This document shows, in pieces, positions 48,110 through 57,089 of a DNA stretch of 64,000 bases; the first letter of the stretch is position 1, and every line of letters starts with the position of its first letter. The DNA is from an uncultured Bacteriovoracaceae bacterium (lineage in GTDB: Bacteria; Bdellovibrionota; UBA1018), in the NCBI GenBank assembly GCA_964363305.1, contig CAYIHX010000010.1:4036-68035 (forward strand). Direction: 5' to 3'. Under the pieces are notes generated by a model, which saw only the letters and a list, made by a program, of their open reading frames with translations, was not told the origin of the DNA and searched no databases. A program made the position numbers and the translations under genes.

Positions 48110-49915
48110 ATGAGGCAGTTCAACTGGGGTATTTCTTGGGCATTTCTGGCTGTGGCGGGTCTAGCGGTGGCGCCTTTTGCGCACGCGGAAGACATGGAGA
48201 CGCTTTCAGCGCCCAGCCTTCGGTTTCTCGATCATCTGGTGCCTGAGGATGCGGAAGATTCTCCGCGTGAGCTTCTGACTTGGTACGAGCTCATGCAAAC
48301 TCGCAAGGAGCAGGAGTCGGCCGGTCGTCATGATGCCACTCTGGATACGCGGATTCGGCAACTTCAGAGTCGGGTCAGCAACTATCTCCGTCGCGACGAG
48401 CTCATGATGTGGTACGCGCCCGGGCAATATCTCCAGTCGCTGCGAAACGCTCGTCATCGTCAGTATGTGGTGCGCTACGGTTGGATGCCAGCGACGACGC
48501 TGGGGCAGCTCGTCGGTCATGAGGCATACTCTCGCAACCTTCGGGACATGGATTTCGGCGGCTTGCGGCGCGCATCTCTTCGTGAAGAAGGCTGGTCTGA
48601 AACCTTTTGGCCCGACCTGACGGGTTCGATTGCGGCTCCTTATGCGGATCCGAATATCACGCTCAATTTCGTCAATTTTCTATTTTACGGTCAAAACAGA
48701 TCCTATCTCAACGCTCGTCCGGCGGTGCATGAACGAATTGCCCGCGGGGATTTTCGCCCGGAAGATAGTGAGAGACTATCGGCTGCGGAAAAGTATGATC
48801 TTCTCGTCGGTGACCTCGATTTTACCTTCACGAATCGCGTGCTCCGGATGGTTGAGCAGATCAACGCGGATGGCCAGATGGCGACCTGGAGTGGGGTTTG
48901 TGATGGTTGGTCTTCCGCTTCGTTGAATTTTTTCCGGCCTGAGCGCGCGGTTGAGATCACCGGCGCCCGGGGGCATCATTTGAAATTTTACACATCTGAC
49001 ATCAAGGGGCTGGCGTCTTTTCTGTGGGCGAAGTCATTTGATCGAAGTGGTTTGAACCTGACTTTCGGCGCCGGTTACCAGTGCAAGGACAGCACGCGCG
49101 ATATGTTGGGTCGTTCGCTCGATCCGACCTGCAATGACGTGAATCCGGGCTTCTTTCATGCTGCCGCGGTCAATATGATCGGGATTGATCGACACGGTTT
49201 CGTCTTCGACAAATCCGAAGCGTCGACGGTCATGAACCAGCCCGCTTTCAAGTATGAGTACAAATATTTCCGAGTGACGAATGGTTTGGAGACGGATCGC
49301 ATGGATGTGGCGAAGGTGCCGCTCAGCCGTCTCGGTGATCGCGATCCGTACAAGGCTTACCGTTCTCCGCGCGCAGTGGATGTCGTCGGGGTGAAGATGA
49401 AAGTCTGGTTCAAGAAGGAGCACGCTCAACCCCGGGCGCGTACGGTCGACCCGGTCTCGGCGGACGCCAATCATTCCGTCGACTTGACTTATGATCTTGA
49501 GCTCGATGCCCGGGGCAACATCGTGGGTGGAGAATGGCGGTTTCATCGGAACCTCGTGAACAGCCTGGCCGACTCCCATCCCGACACGCTGTGGTTAGTC
49601 GTGCCGGGGATTCGGATGTATTCGCGCATATCGGAATTCGAGATGCCCGCCTGGGCTGCTCATGATCCGATTCCCGAGGCCCTTCTCCCTTTCGCGAAGC
49701 AGGCGGCTTTGACCATGAAGCCACCCTTTGGGCCGAATGACCTGGTTCAGCACGATGTGTATCGTCCTCAACCGTTGGCGCTTATCGTCGATAATTTGGT
49801 CGAACTTTCTCGTCCAGGACGCACCCAGCACGAGATCTCACGGATTCCAGGTCGCTACCGGTCTTCGTTCTCCTGGCTGTCGGACGCCGATTGGGCGCGT
49901 CCCGACGCGCCCTAG
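48110..49915 (+). CDS. Secreted protein with a Cys-nucleophile-like motif (possible transglutaminase-elicitor/cysteine-peptidase-like)
   Basis: Strong RBS and Sec signal (AFLAVAGLAVAPFAHA). A WSGVCDGWSSASL motif resembles cysteine-enzyme active-site contexts. 601 aa. The family assignment is tentative. Confidence 0.65.
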   Translation: MRQFNWGISWAFLAVAGLAVAPFAHAEDMETLSAPSLRFLDHLVPEDAEDSPRELLTWYELMQTRKEQESAGRHDATLDTRIRQLQSRVSNYLRRDELMMWYAPGQYLQSLRNARHRQYVVRYGWMPATTLGQLVGHEAYSRNLRDMDFGGLRRASLREEGWSETFWPDLTGSIAAPYADPNITLNFVNFLFYGQNRSYLNARPAVHERIARGDFRPEDSERLSAAEKYDLLVGDLDFTFTNRVLRMVEQINADGQMATWSGVCDGWSSASLNFFRPERAVEITGARGHHLKFYTSDIKGLASFLWAKSFDRSGLNLTFGAGYQCKDSTRDMLGRSLDPTCNDVNPGFFHAAAVNMIGIDRHGFVFDKSEASTVMNQPAFKYEYKYFRVTNGLETDRMDVAKVPLSRLGDRDPYKAYRSPRAVDVVGVKMKVWFKKEHAQPRARTVDPVSADANHSVDLTYDLELDARGNIVGGEWRFHRNLVNSLADSHPDTLWLVVPGIRMYSRISEFEMPAWAAHDPIPEALLPFAKQAALTMKPPFGPNDLVQHDVYRPQPLALIVDNLVELSRPGRTQHEISRIPGRYRSSFSWLSDADWARPDAP

Positions 49916-51987
49916 TCCATCAGCGTTTGAAAGAGAAACGTGTACTGTAAAGCCGCCATGCGCGCGCGCTGCTCGAGATCAGCAGCGGCGCCGTGGCCGC
50001 CCTCCATGTTTTCGAAGTAGAGAAAGGGATGGCCGAGCTCTTCCATGCGGGCAGCCATCTTGCGGGCATGGCCCGGGTGAACGCGATCATCTTCTGTTGA
50101 GGTCATGAAGAGAACCTCGGGGTACTTCGCGTCTTTTCTCAGGTTTTGATACGGCGAGTACTTCAGGATGTACTCGCGCTCCTCGGCAATATCGGGGTTG
50201 CCATACTCCGCGACCCAGCTCGCCCCAGCCAGAAGCTGATGGTAGCGAAGCATGTCGAGCAGAGGGACCTGGCAGATCACCGCGCGAAAAAGCTCGGGTC
50301 TTTGAGTGAAGGTGGCGCCCATCAAGAGGCCGCCATTGCTTCCGCCTTGAATGGCGAGCTTCCGCGGTGAGGTGATGTCCGTCGAGATCAGGTGTTCGGC
50401 GACGGCCGCGAAATCATCGAAGGCGCGTTGGCGATTTTCCTTGAGTGCGGCCTGGTGCCAGCGGGGGCCAAATTCGCCCCCACCCCGGATATTCGCGAGC
50501 GCATAGGCCCCTCCACGTTCGAGCCAGAGTTTGCCGACGGATGAGGCGTAGAAGGGGGTCTCCGAGATCTCAAAGCCTCCATACCCATAGAGGAGGGTGG
50601 GGAGAGGGCCCGCCTTTTTCGACTTTGAAGAGGTGAGGAGAAAATAGGGAATGCGAGTTCCGTCCTTACTGATCGCCCATTTTTGTTCGGCCTTCATGCC
50701 GGTTGGGTCGAAGCGCGGAGGAAGCTGCTTCAATTTTTGAGTCGAGTGGTCTCGCAGCTCAATGAGTTGCGTGGGCTCGAAAAAGCTCTGGTAAGAGAGG
50801 AACGCATCGTCTTCATAGGGCCAGAGATCGAGGACGGAGATCATGCCCATTTCCGGCAGGGGTAAGCGGTTCAGGGCCCACCCTCCCGACGGGTTTGCCT
50901 TCGCCTCGATGATTTGCGCGCGCACGTTTTTCAGAACTGTGATCAGCAGGCGAGATTTTCCGGCGTCGATGGAGAGGAGGGCGCTCTTGGCGTCGGGCGC
51001 ATGGATTTTTTCGGCTTTCCAGGCGTGCAGATCGAAAGCGAGCAGCGTGCCGGCTTCGAATTTTTTACTCGTGATCGTCGTGTGCTTCCTCAGCGTGCCA
51101 ATCACTTTTCCCAGAAAGATCCCGCGAACCTCGAAGTCGGGTCCGGTGGGCAGTTTCGCAAGGGTGCCGTTTTCGCGGTAGACGTAAGCTTCCTCCTCGA
51201 AAAACGTCTTGCCTCGAATCAGCAGCGTCACTCGGCCTTCCGGGCGGAAGGAGACGAAGGGGCGGGCCCAAATCTCCGTGCGGGGAATCTCAAAGAGGAG
51301 CTGAGCCTCCGAAAGCGGCGTGCCGCGCTTCCAGAGCTTCACCTGGCGGGCGTACCCAGACTCGGTCATCGTTCCTTCGCCAAAGTCGGTGGCGACGAGC
51401 AAGGTATTCTCGTCGTACCAAGTCACCGATGATTTCGCTTCAGGGAGGATGAATCCGTTCGCGACGAACTCGCGCTTGACGGAGTCCCACTCGCGAATCA
51501 CCTCGGCGTCTTTTCCGCCTTCAGAAAGAAACGCCAGGCATTTATGGTGAAGCGGGGGAAGGCAACTCAATCCGTGCCACACCCAGCTTTTTCCCTCTTT
51601 TTGTCCGAGTTCGTCGACGTCGAAGAGAGTTTCCCAGTCGGGGGTGCCGCTCCGGTAGCTTTCGAGAGAGGCGTGCCTCAAGATGCCGCGGCGATGATCC
51701 GCGTCCTGATAGAAATCCTCGACCCAGCTTCCCTTGCGGTTCGGGGTGATGATGCGATCTTTCGCTTCAAGAATTTCCTTCACGTTGGCCTTGGCCAGCG
51801 CGAAGCGGGCGTCTGATTCAAGGCGTGTCGTCGCCCGCTGATTTCGTTCTCGAACCCAATTCAGGCTTTTCTCAGAATGAATCTCTTCGAGCGGAAGATA
51901 GGGATCGACCGGAGAGGAAGCGCACGCCATGGTTGTCATTGAAAAAGTCATCATGAAAAGAATGCCCTGAAGGCGAAGTGAAGACAT
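49912..51987 (-). CDS. Prolyl oligopeptidase (S9A family), exported
   Basis: Catalytic Ser context GGSNGGLLMG, distal DDRV and GGHG. A beta-propeller N-terminal half. The likely start is ATG 51987 (MSSLRLQGILFMM.. signal). Confidence 0.9.
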   Translation of the reverse strand: MSSLRLQGILFMMTFSMTTMACASSPVDPYLPLEEIHSEKSLNWVRERNQRATTRLESDARFALAKANVKEILEAKDRIITPNRKGSWVEDFYQDADHRRGILRHASLESYRSGTPDWETLFDVDELGQKEGKSWVWHGLSCLPPLHHKCLAFLSEGGKDAEVIREWDSVKREFVANGFILPEAKSSVTWYDENTLLVATDFGEGTMTESGYARQVKLWKRGTPLSEAQLLFEIPRTEIWARPFVSFRPEGRVTLLIRGKTFFEEEAYVYRENGTLAKLPTGPDFEVRGIFLGKVIGTLRKHTTITSKKFEAGTLLAFDLHAWKAEKIHAPDAKSALLSIDAGKSRLLITVLKNVRAQIIEAKANPSGGWALNRLPLPEMGMISVLDLWPYEDDAFLSYQSFFEPTQLIELRDHSTQKLKQLPPRFDPTGMKAEQKWAISKDGTRIPYFLLTSSKSKKAGPLPTLLYGYGGFEISETPFYASSVGKLWLERGGAYALANIRGGGEFGPRWHQAALKENRQRAFDDFAAVAEHLISTDITSPRKLAIQGGSNGGLLMGATFTQRPELFRAVICQVPLLDMLRYHQLLAGASWVAEYGNPDIAEEREYILKYSPYQNLRKDAKYPEVLFMTSTEDDRVHPGHARKMAARMEELGHPFLYFENMEGGHGAAADLEQRARMAALQYTFLFQTLMD

Positions 51988-52097
51988 GGAGAATCCTCTA
52001 CAGAGGCCGGTGGGGTCGCGCAAGTTTTTGACGGGGTGCTGCGTACCGTCATTATTTTCTGTTGCTACTGGGAGGCACTGGTCTAGTGTGCCGGGTT

Positions 52098-52925
52098 ATG
52101 GATCCAATCGAACAGTTTTTTGATAATGTGAAGCACCTCCATAAATATATCGGCGTGGGAGTCGTTATTTTCCTGCTCGTCGTCCTGGGTACCGGAGGGA
52201 CGTTCATCATTCCTCCTGGTCATCGCGGGGTTCTGATTACGATGGGGAAGGTCTCTCCCGCGTTTGCTCCCGAGGGGCTCGGTTTCAAGATCCCGTTTAT
52301 CACGACGGTGGTGCCGATCTCGATTCGGCAGCAGACGAAGACTGCTCAAGCGGAGTGTTACTCCTCCGATCTGCAGCAGATCAACGTGGAGCTGAGAATT
52401 CTTTACCGCATTCCTGAAAACATGATCGTGAAGACGTTTCAGGATTATTCGGGGGATCCGTTCGACAGCCTGATCTCGCCGCGCGTGAGCGAGGCGCTCA
52501 AGGAAGTGACCGCGCTTCAGAGCGCGGAGCAGATCGTGAAGAAGCGGGAGGAGATCAAGGCCAAGGCTTTTTCCGCCGCGAAAATCAAGGTGGGCTCGCT
52601 TCTCGTGATCGAGGATGTGGTGATTCAGAACGTGGCGCTTTCGAAGGAGCTGGAGACCGCGATCGAGGCGAAGATGGTTCAGGAGCAGGAAGCGGCCAAG
52701 GCCAAGTTCATTCAGCAGAAGGCCGAGATCGAAGCGAACACCGCCATTATTCGCGCCAAGGGCGAGGCGGAGGCGATTCGGGTTCGCGGACGCGCGTTGC
52801 GCGACAGCCCGGGCCTCGTGCAGTTGCAGATTGTTGAGAAATGGAACGGCATCTCGCCTCTGGTGGTCGGAGGGGGCGGAGGCGCGAATATTCTTCTGCC
52901 GATTGGTGAGCTGAAGCAAAAATGA
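52098..52925 (+). CDS. SPFH/Band 7 (prohibitin-like) protein
   Basis: N-terminal TM, then an SPFH core (PPGHRGVLITMGKV, QQINVELRILYRI) and a coiled-coil Ala/Glu-rich C-terminus. Confidence 0.9.
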   Translation: MDPIEQFFDNVKHLHKYIGVGVVIFLLVVLGTGGTFIIPPGHRGVLITMGKVSPAFAPEGLGFKIPFITTVVPISIRQQTKTAQAECYSSDLQQINVELRILYRIPENMIVKTFQDYSGDPFDSLISPRVSEALKEVTALQSAEQIVKKREEIKAKAFSAAKIKVGSLLVIEDVVIQNVALSKELETAIEAKMVQEQEAAKAKFIQQKAEIEANTAIIRAKGEAEAIRVRGRALRDSPGLVQLQIVEKWNGISPLVVGGGGGANILLPIGELKQK

Positions 52926-53119
52926 AGGCGCGGTCACGTGGGCTTTTTCAGCTCATCTTTCTGCTTGTCTTCGTTTTCGTCCTGATTCGTTTTTTTCCTG
53001 TCCTAGCGCGGATCGCCCAGGCGGCCGCGCTGGGCAGCGTTGAATTAGGGTGGATCATCCTCGTCTTTGCCCTGGGGGGCTGGCTGGTCTGGGTGCTGAG
53101 CAAGCGAAATTCAGGTTGA
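52922..53119 (+). CDS. Small two-TM membrane protein
   Basis: 65 aa, ATGA overlap with the SPFH gene, two hydrophobic helices. Confidence 0.5.
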   Translation: MKARSRGLFQLIFLLVFVFVLIRFFPVLARIAQAAALGSVELGWIILVFALGGWLVWVLSKRNSG

Positions 53120-53749
53120 GCCTTTGAGGGGCTTGAGCCGAAAGGCGTTTTCCTTCGTTTCCGGCGCGAAAAAGCGCTCGATTTCGAAGCACGATGCGTA
53201 GTGTTCGCGCACTTCCTCTTCGGGAACGCGAAAGGGAGGGCCGGCCGTATGGTCGGCCGGGAATTCTGGCGTGATGAGGAGCATCTGCTTGCGTTGGCCG
53301 ATCGGCCGACTTGCCAAGAGGTGGGCGACATACCGCAGTCGAAGCTCCGGCGGGAGCGCGATGAGAGCGGCTCGATCGTAGAGGAATTCGCAGCCTGCCC
53401 AGGCCTGAGCGGGGACGGCAAAAAAATCGCCGCACCAAAGGGTGATGCCGAGCCCTTCGTAGATATCCCACTCGCCTTGCTTTCGTTTTTCATAAGGGAG
53501 GCCATTCTCCTGAAAGAAAGCCTCGCAAGCGAGGGGGCTGAGCTCAATGCCGATCACCTCGTGGCCTTGGTCACTGAGCCAGAGGAGATCCTTTGATTTT
53601 CCGCAGAGCGGCACCATGACTTTTCCGGGGGGCAGATCGCCGAAGTACTGGATGAGGAGGGGGTGCGGGGCATCTCGGTGCCAGCCGATTTCGCCGGTTT
53701 TCCATCTTGCGAGCCAGAAGGATGAGTCCATGGGAACCATTGGTAGCAC
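53111..53749 (-). CDS. Thiopurine S-methyltransferase (TPMT) family methyltransferase
   Basis: FWLARWKTGEIGWH N-terminus and SAM motif VPLCGKSKDLLWLSDQGHEVIGIELS. Confidence 0.85.
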   Translation of the reverse strand: MLPMVPMDSSFWLARWKTGEIGWHRDAPHPLLIQYFGDLPPGKVMVPLCGKSKDLLWLSDQGHEVIGIELSPLACEAFFQENGLPYEKRKQGEWDIYEGLGITLWCGDFFAVPAQAWAGCEFLYDRAALIALPPELRLRYVAHLLASRPIGQRKQMLLITPEFPADHTAGPPFRVPEEEVREHYASCFEIERFFAPETKENAFRLKPLKGST

Positions 53750-53809
53750 GATGATGCGCCGAGCATCAAAAGGGTGTCAGACACCCCTTGATGATGGTAA
53801 AGCTGAGCC

Positions 53810-54676
53810 GTGGCAGAAATCATCCCCGCGCAGAATCTCAGGGCCTGGCGAAACATCGACCGCCTCCGCATGGCGGCCGGGCTGTCGCGCGGCGATCTCG
53901 CCGAGGTGATGGATGTGCGGCAGTCCGAGCTGGACGGATTTCGGCGGGGCACTCGGGCGATCACGGATAGCGAGGCTCGGAATGTCCTCGATTTTTTCCA
54001 GGTGCCGGAATCAGCGATCGACTCGATCGACAGCGTGGATCTCGGCGTTGTCAGCCGCCGCTTTCAGGGCGATCAGCTGGCGATCCCTGAGCGGTATCTA
54101 CTGAAGAACTCGAGCCGGATGCGGGTCTTGAATGACATCATGAGGTGGGTCCACGCCAACCTCGGGGAGGACGCCTTCTTCTGGATCTTGCAGCAATTTC
54201 AGATCCCGTTTTTCGCTTTGGCCGCGCAGGATACGGAGATTAGTTTGAATTTAGTGAAGGAGCTCTGCACCTTGCTTCGTCAGTCCGGGGCGCGGGACCG
54301 GGACTTCGTGAATATGGGGATGGAGGCGCTGGAGATTCACCGGGGTATGGAGGTGGGTACGATGTTCGCTTCGGCACGATCTTCGGGTGAAGCGATTGAG
54401 GTGCTGGTTGCGCAAGTATTGAAACGGTTTGACACGAACTGCGCGTATAGCTTGTCCAGTCTCGACTCGCTGGGGGCAACAATTCGAATCGAGCCACGAT
54501 CAGAAACACAGGACTCTTTGGGGTCTAGGACCCCAGGCAGTCAGGAATGCTGTTTGACCCGAGACGGTCGGATCCGAATTGTGCCAGCGTTCGCGGGTTT
54601 TGCCGCGGCCTTCGCCGTCCACTCCATGTGCATTCATCGCGGCGACCCGCACTGCGAAAGCAAGCTATTTTTCTAG
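53810..54676 (+). CDS. XRE-like HTH regulator with C-terminal V4R-like ligand-binding domain (paralog A)
   Basis: HTH segment NLRAWRNIDRLRMAAGLSRGDLAEVMDVRQSELDGFRRG. The C-terminal end FDTNCAYS...CIHRGDPHCES resembles the V4R terminal E-x-C-x3-GD-x2-C-x-F pattern. Paralogous to 55554-56384. Confidence 0.6.
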   Translation: MAEIIPAQNLRAWRNIDRLRMAAGLSRGDLAEVMDVRQSELDGFRRGTRAITDSEARNVLDFFQVPESAIDSIDSVDLGVVSRRFQGDQLAIPERYLLKNSSRMRVLNDIMRWVHANLGEDAFFWILQQFQIPFFALAAQDTEISLNLVKELCTLLRQSGARDRDFVNMGMEALEIHRGMEVGTMFASARSSGEAIEVLVAQVLKRFDTNCAYSLSSLDSLGATIRIEPRSETQDSLGSRTPGSQECCLTRDGRIRIVPAFAGFAAAFAVHSMCIHRGDPHCESKLFF

Positions 54677-55431
54677 GCCGCCCGTTTGGCATCCACTGGT
54701 TTTGGAAAAGGTCTGTAGTGCCCAATTTCGAGGCGCTTTTCCCAAGCATTCGAATATTTTTGGGCCCATTCTTCCGCTTGTGGAGGGACGGAATCGATAT
54801 GCAGAGCTAGGGTCGGATCTCCCGCGAGGGGAGGAAAGGAAAATGAGGGAAGTTCTTGACCCGTACGGACGTCTCTCAATCGCTTATAGCCAATAAGTTG
54901 CAGGGTGAGAGGCGCTTTTGCTTTTACTGATCCGCCGATGAGCGATTCGTTAACGCGAAACGTCTTAGTGTGGAGAACATGGGAGGCGACTGAGAGTTCG
55001 GTGAGAAGTTCATGAGATCCGGGGTTTACCCTGAAGTCAGGGTCGACGGTCCAGCTGCTGGTATATCCAATCGACATTCCTCGCCGAGACGCAGACTCGA
55101 TGATGACCTCCGCACTCCTTTTATGCGCATCGCTCGCAGAATTGAAAAGGGCCAGTCCATTAAAGGGGAGACCGTATTGCTCGCAGGTCGCTTTTTCGAT
55201 GAATTTATAAGACATGATTGGCCGTCTCATTCCGTCGATTTCAGTAAACGTGATGATGTGGGTTCCGATCCAGTCATAGGTATCGAGGGGAAGGACTCGA
55301 TGGGCATCATAGTATTTTCCAAAACCACGCCTCTTGATATCGATGACCTCAAGCATTGCCGCCTGCGTTTCAGGCTGGTCCCAGTAGAGAAAGGGGTGGT
55401 GTAGTACGGTGAAACTAATGCGTTGGTTCAT
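54673..55431 (-). CDS. Cytoplasmic hypothetical protein, weakly acyl-HSL/N-acyl-amino-acid synthase-like (GNAT-type fold suspected)
   Basis: 252 aa, AGGAG RBS 6 nt upstream of ATG 55431, no TM or signal. Segments KRRGFGKYYDAHRVLPLDTYD and SSWTVDPDFR loosely resemble LuxI-family blocks. The functional call is tentative. Confidence 0.5.
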   Translation of the reverse strand: MNQRISFTVLHHPFLYWDQPETQAAMLEVIDIKRRGFGKYYDAHRVLPLDTYDWIGTHIITFTEIDGMRRPIMSYKFIEKATCEQYGLPFNGLALFNSASDAHKRSAEVIIESASRRGMSIGYTSSWTVDPDFRVNPGSHELLTELSVASHVLHTKTFRVNESLIGGSVKAKAPLTLQLIGYKRLRDVRTGQELPSFSFPPLAGDPTLALHIDSVPPQAEEWAQKYSNAWEKRLEIGHYRPFPKPVDAKRAA

Positions 55432-55553
55432 GGCGGTCTCCTAGAATCCTCACCGACTTCTCGGAAGCGTCCGGCGCCGGACTGAAGAAAGAAATCTTAA
55501 CTCCCAGAGTGGCTGAGAAAGATTTAGTGTTGGCGTCTCGAGGGAGCGGCAGC

Positions 55554-56384
55554 ATGGCTTTGGCGACATGGCAAATAGTTGACGAAATCGGCGACAGGGT
55601 GGGGATTCGAAAAACCGAGTTGCTCGCCCGCATCGGCATTGCGCCGTCGGAATACTGGCAAATGCGCTCGAAAAGTATGTTTGTCGATCGTGAGTTTCTC
55701 GGGAAGCTGACCAAGAGCGTTTCACTCAATCCGGCCGACTTGCCCCGAAAATTTCATCAGGTGTTCGAGGCGAGTCCAGTGATTCCCCATGAGTACAGGG
55801 AGCCTGCGACGGTTTCAGTGGGACTGATCCAAGATATCATTGAGTGGGTCGAGATGATGAACCCGGCGATCACCGCCGACGTTCTCGAAAGTCTCCAATT
55901 GGATGAGCGCTTTCTTTCGTTGCCGACCTGGGTTCGGGTAAACACCTTTCTTCAGGTGAATCTTCTCGATGTGTTATCGGCTCGGTACGGATGGCATACC
56001 GATATGCTCTGCGGGCTGGGGGCTCGCACTTATTTCAAGTATCGAAATACCGCGGTGGGAGACGAAATCAGCAAGGGCAGGACGACGAAGGAATGCGTTG
56101 AAATCGCCTTTGGAAGCGTCATAGAGAATTTTGACACCAACCATGACTACTCGATCAGGCGCGTGGACGATCGCTCGTGTGTGCTTCGTGCGACTGTCAG
56201 AGAGCAGGCAAAAAGCCTGATGAAGCGGAAGGTCATCGGGTCGAAGCTCGCTTGTTGGGCGAGGATATGCAGGTGTACGGTTGTGCCGAGATTCGGAGGC
56301 CATCGGCCGTATTCTCGTGTGCGGGAGCTGAAGTGCATTCACGATGGCGACGCTTTTTGCGAAGCGCGTTTTTCCGACCACTAG
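55554..56384 (+). CDS. XRE-like HTH regulator with C-terminal V4R-like ligand-binding domain (paralog B)
   Basis: ATG 55554 has a GGGAG RBS (the ORF opens at GTG 55509). HTH ATWQIVDEIGDRVGIRKTELLARIGIAPSEYWQMR. C-terminal FDTNHDYS...ELKCIHDGDAFCEARF. Confidence 0.6.
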   Translation: MALATWQIVDEIGDRVGIRKTELLARIGIAPSEYWQMRSKSMFVDREFLGKLTKSVSLNPADLPRKFHQVFEASPVIPHEYREPATVSVGLIQDIIEWVEMMNPAITADVLESLQLDERFLSLPTWVRVNTFLQVNLLDVLSARYGWHTDMLCGLGARTYFKYRNTAVGDEISKGRTTKECVEIAFGSVIENFDTNHDYSIRRVDDRSCVLRATVREQAKSLMKRKVIGSKLACWARICRCTVVPRFGGHRPYSRVRELKCIHDGDAFCEARFSDH

Positions 56385-56929
56385 GTGCCGGTCCTGCTCG
56401 TCTTTTTTGGTTTCGTTCCGAAGGATTCGGGCAAAGTGTCGCGCTCTTTTCGTCGGCTTTGCGCAATCGCATCGCAAGCGGAGATGAGCCGGTTTTGGAT
56501 TTCCAGGAGTTCGTGATCCCGAAACCCCGAGCTCGCCAGGGCCGCGACGCGGGCGAGACCTTCGGTGCCGGCCGCTTGAGCTAAGGAGGCGAGTCCGACG
56601 TTTTGGTGCGGCAATGGGTGGGCGGGGTCGTACTCGCGCGGGGGATACTCATTCCTGGTTCGGGCGAGCTCTTCGCGGATCGCTTCTCGGACGCCGGCAG
56701 AGAGCCGAACCTCTTCGGTCTGCGTCGGCTTGATCATTTCCCAGGGGTGGATGCCGAGGGCTTCGGCTAGGCGATCGAGGGTCTCGAGCGAGGGAGAGGT
56801 TTCGCCCGAGAGGTATCGTTGCAACTGTGGGGGTTTAAGGGCCGCTTTTCGAGCCAGCTCCGATATCGATCCATAGGGCTTCGTGGCTGCCCGCAACAGA
56901 TTCAGTAGATGTTTTGCACTTTGAGACAT
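56381..56929 (-). CDS. XRE-family HTH transcriptional regulator
   Basis: N-terminal HTH (GSISELARKAALKPPQLQRYLSGETSPSLETLDRLAEALG). 182 aa. Confidence 0.8.
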   Translation of the reverse strand: MSQSAKHLLNLLRAATKPYGSISELARKAALKPPQLQRYLSGETSPSLETLDRLAEALGIHPWEMIKPTQTEEVRLSAGVREAIREELARTRNEYPPREYDPAHPLPHQNVGLASLAQAAGTEGLARVAALASSGFRDHELLEIQNRLISACDAIAQSRRKERDTLPESFGTKPKKTSRTGT

Positions 56930-56945
56930 GAGATGACTTACCTTA

Positions 56946-56979
56946 AACTAAATAGTTACAAACTAACCACTTATTAGTT
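56946..56979. promoter_or_regulatory. Four AACTA/TAGTT half-sites in a divergent promoter region (candidate operator)
   Basis: AACTA 56946-56950, TAGTT 56953-56957, AACTA 56961-56965, TAGTT 56975-56979. They lie in the AT-rich 160-bp spacer between the XRE gene and the cold-shock-like gene. Confidence 0.35.
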
Positions 56980-57089
56980 ATATCTAGAGGCATGACAGAG
57001 ATTATACGCACTGAAGCCCTCGCTTCGCCCACGAAAGTCTCGCCGACGTCCCACCAGGTCGCAAGCTGAACTTTTTTTGAGGAGGCCTG

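Noticed and set aside
48010-48246. A 78-aa ORF starting in the structured leader and running into the 48110 gene (possible leader peptide)
   Set aside because: It has no RBS and overlaps the real gene out of frame for 137 nt. The 48110 ATG has a strong GGAGGAG RBS and a proper signal peptide. I cannot exclude a short regulatory uORF, but nothing supports one.
52083-52937. A 284-aa ORF antisense to the SPFH/prohibitin gene
   Set aside because: The SPFH reading frame has canonical motifs. The antisense product is a low-complexity Arg/Leu/His-rich shadow ORF.
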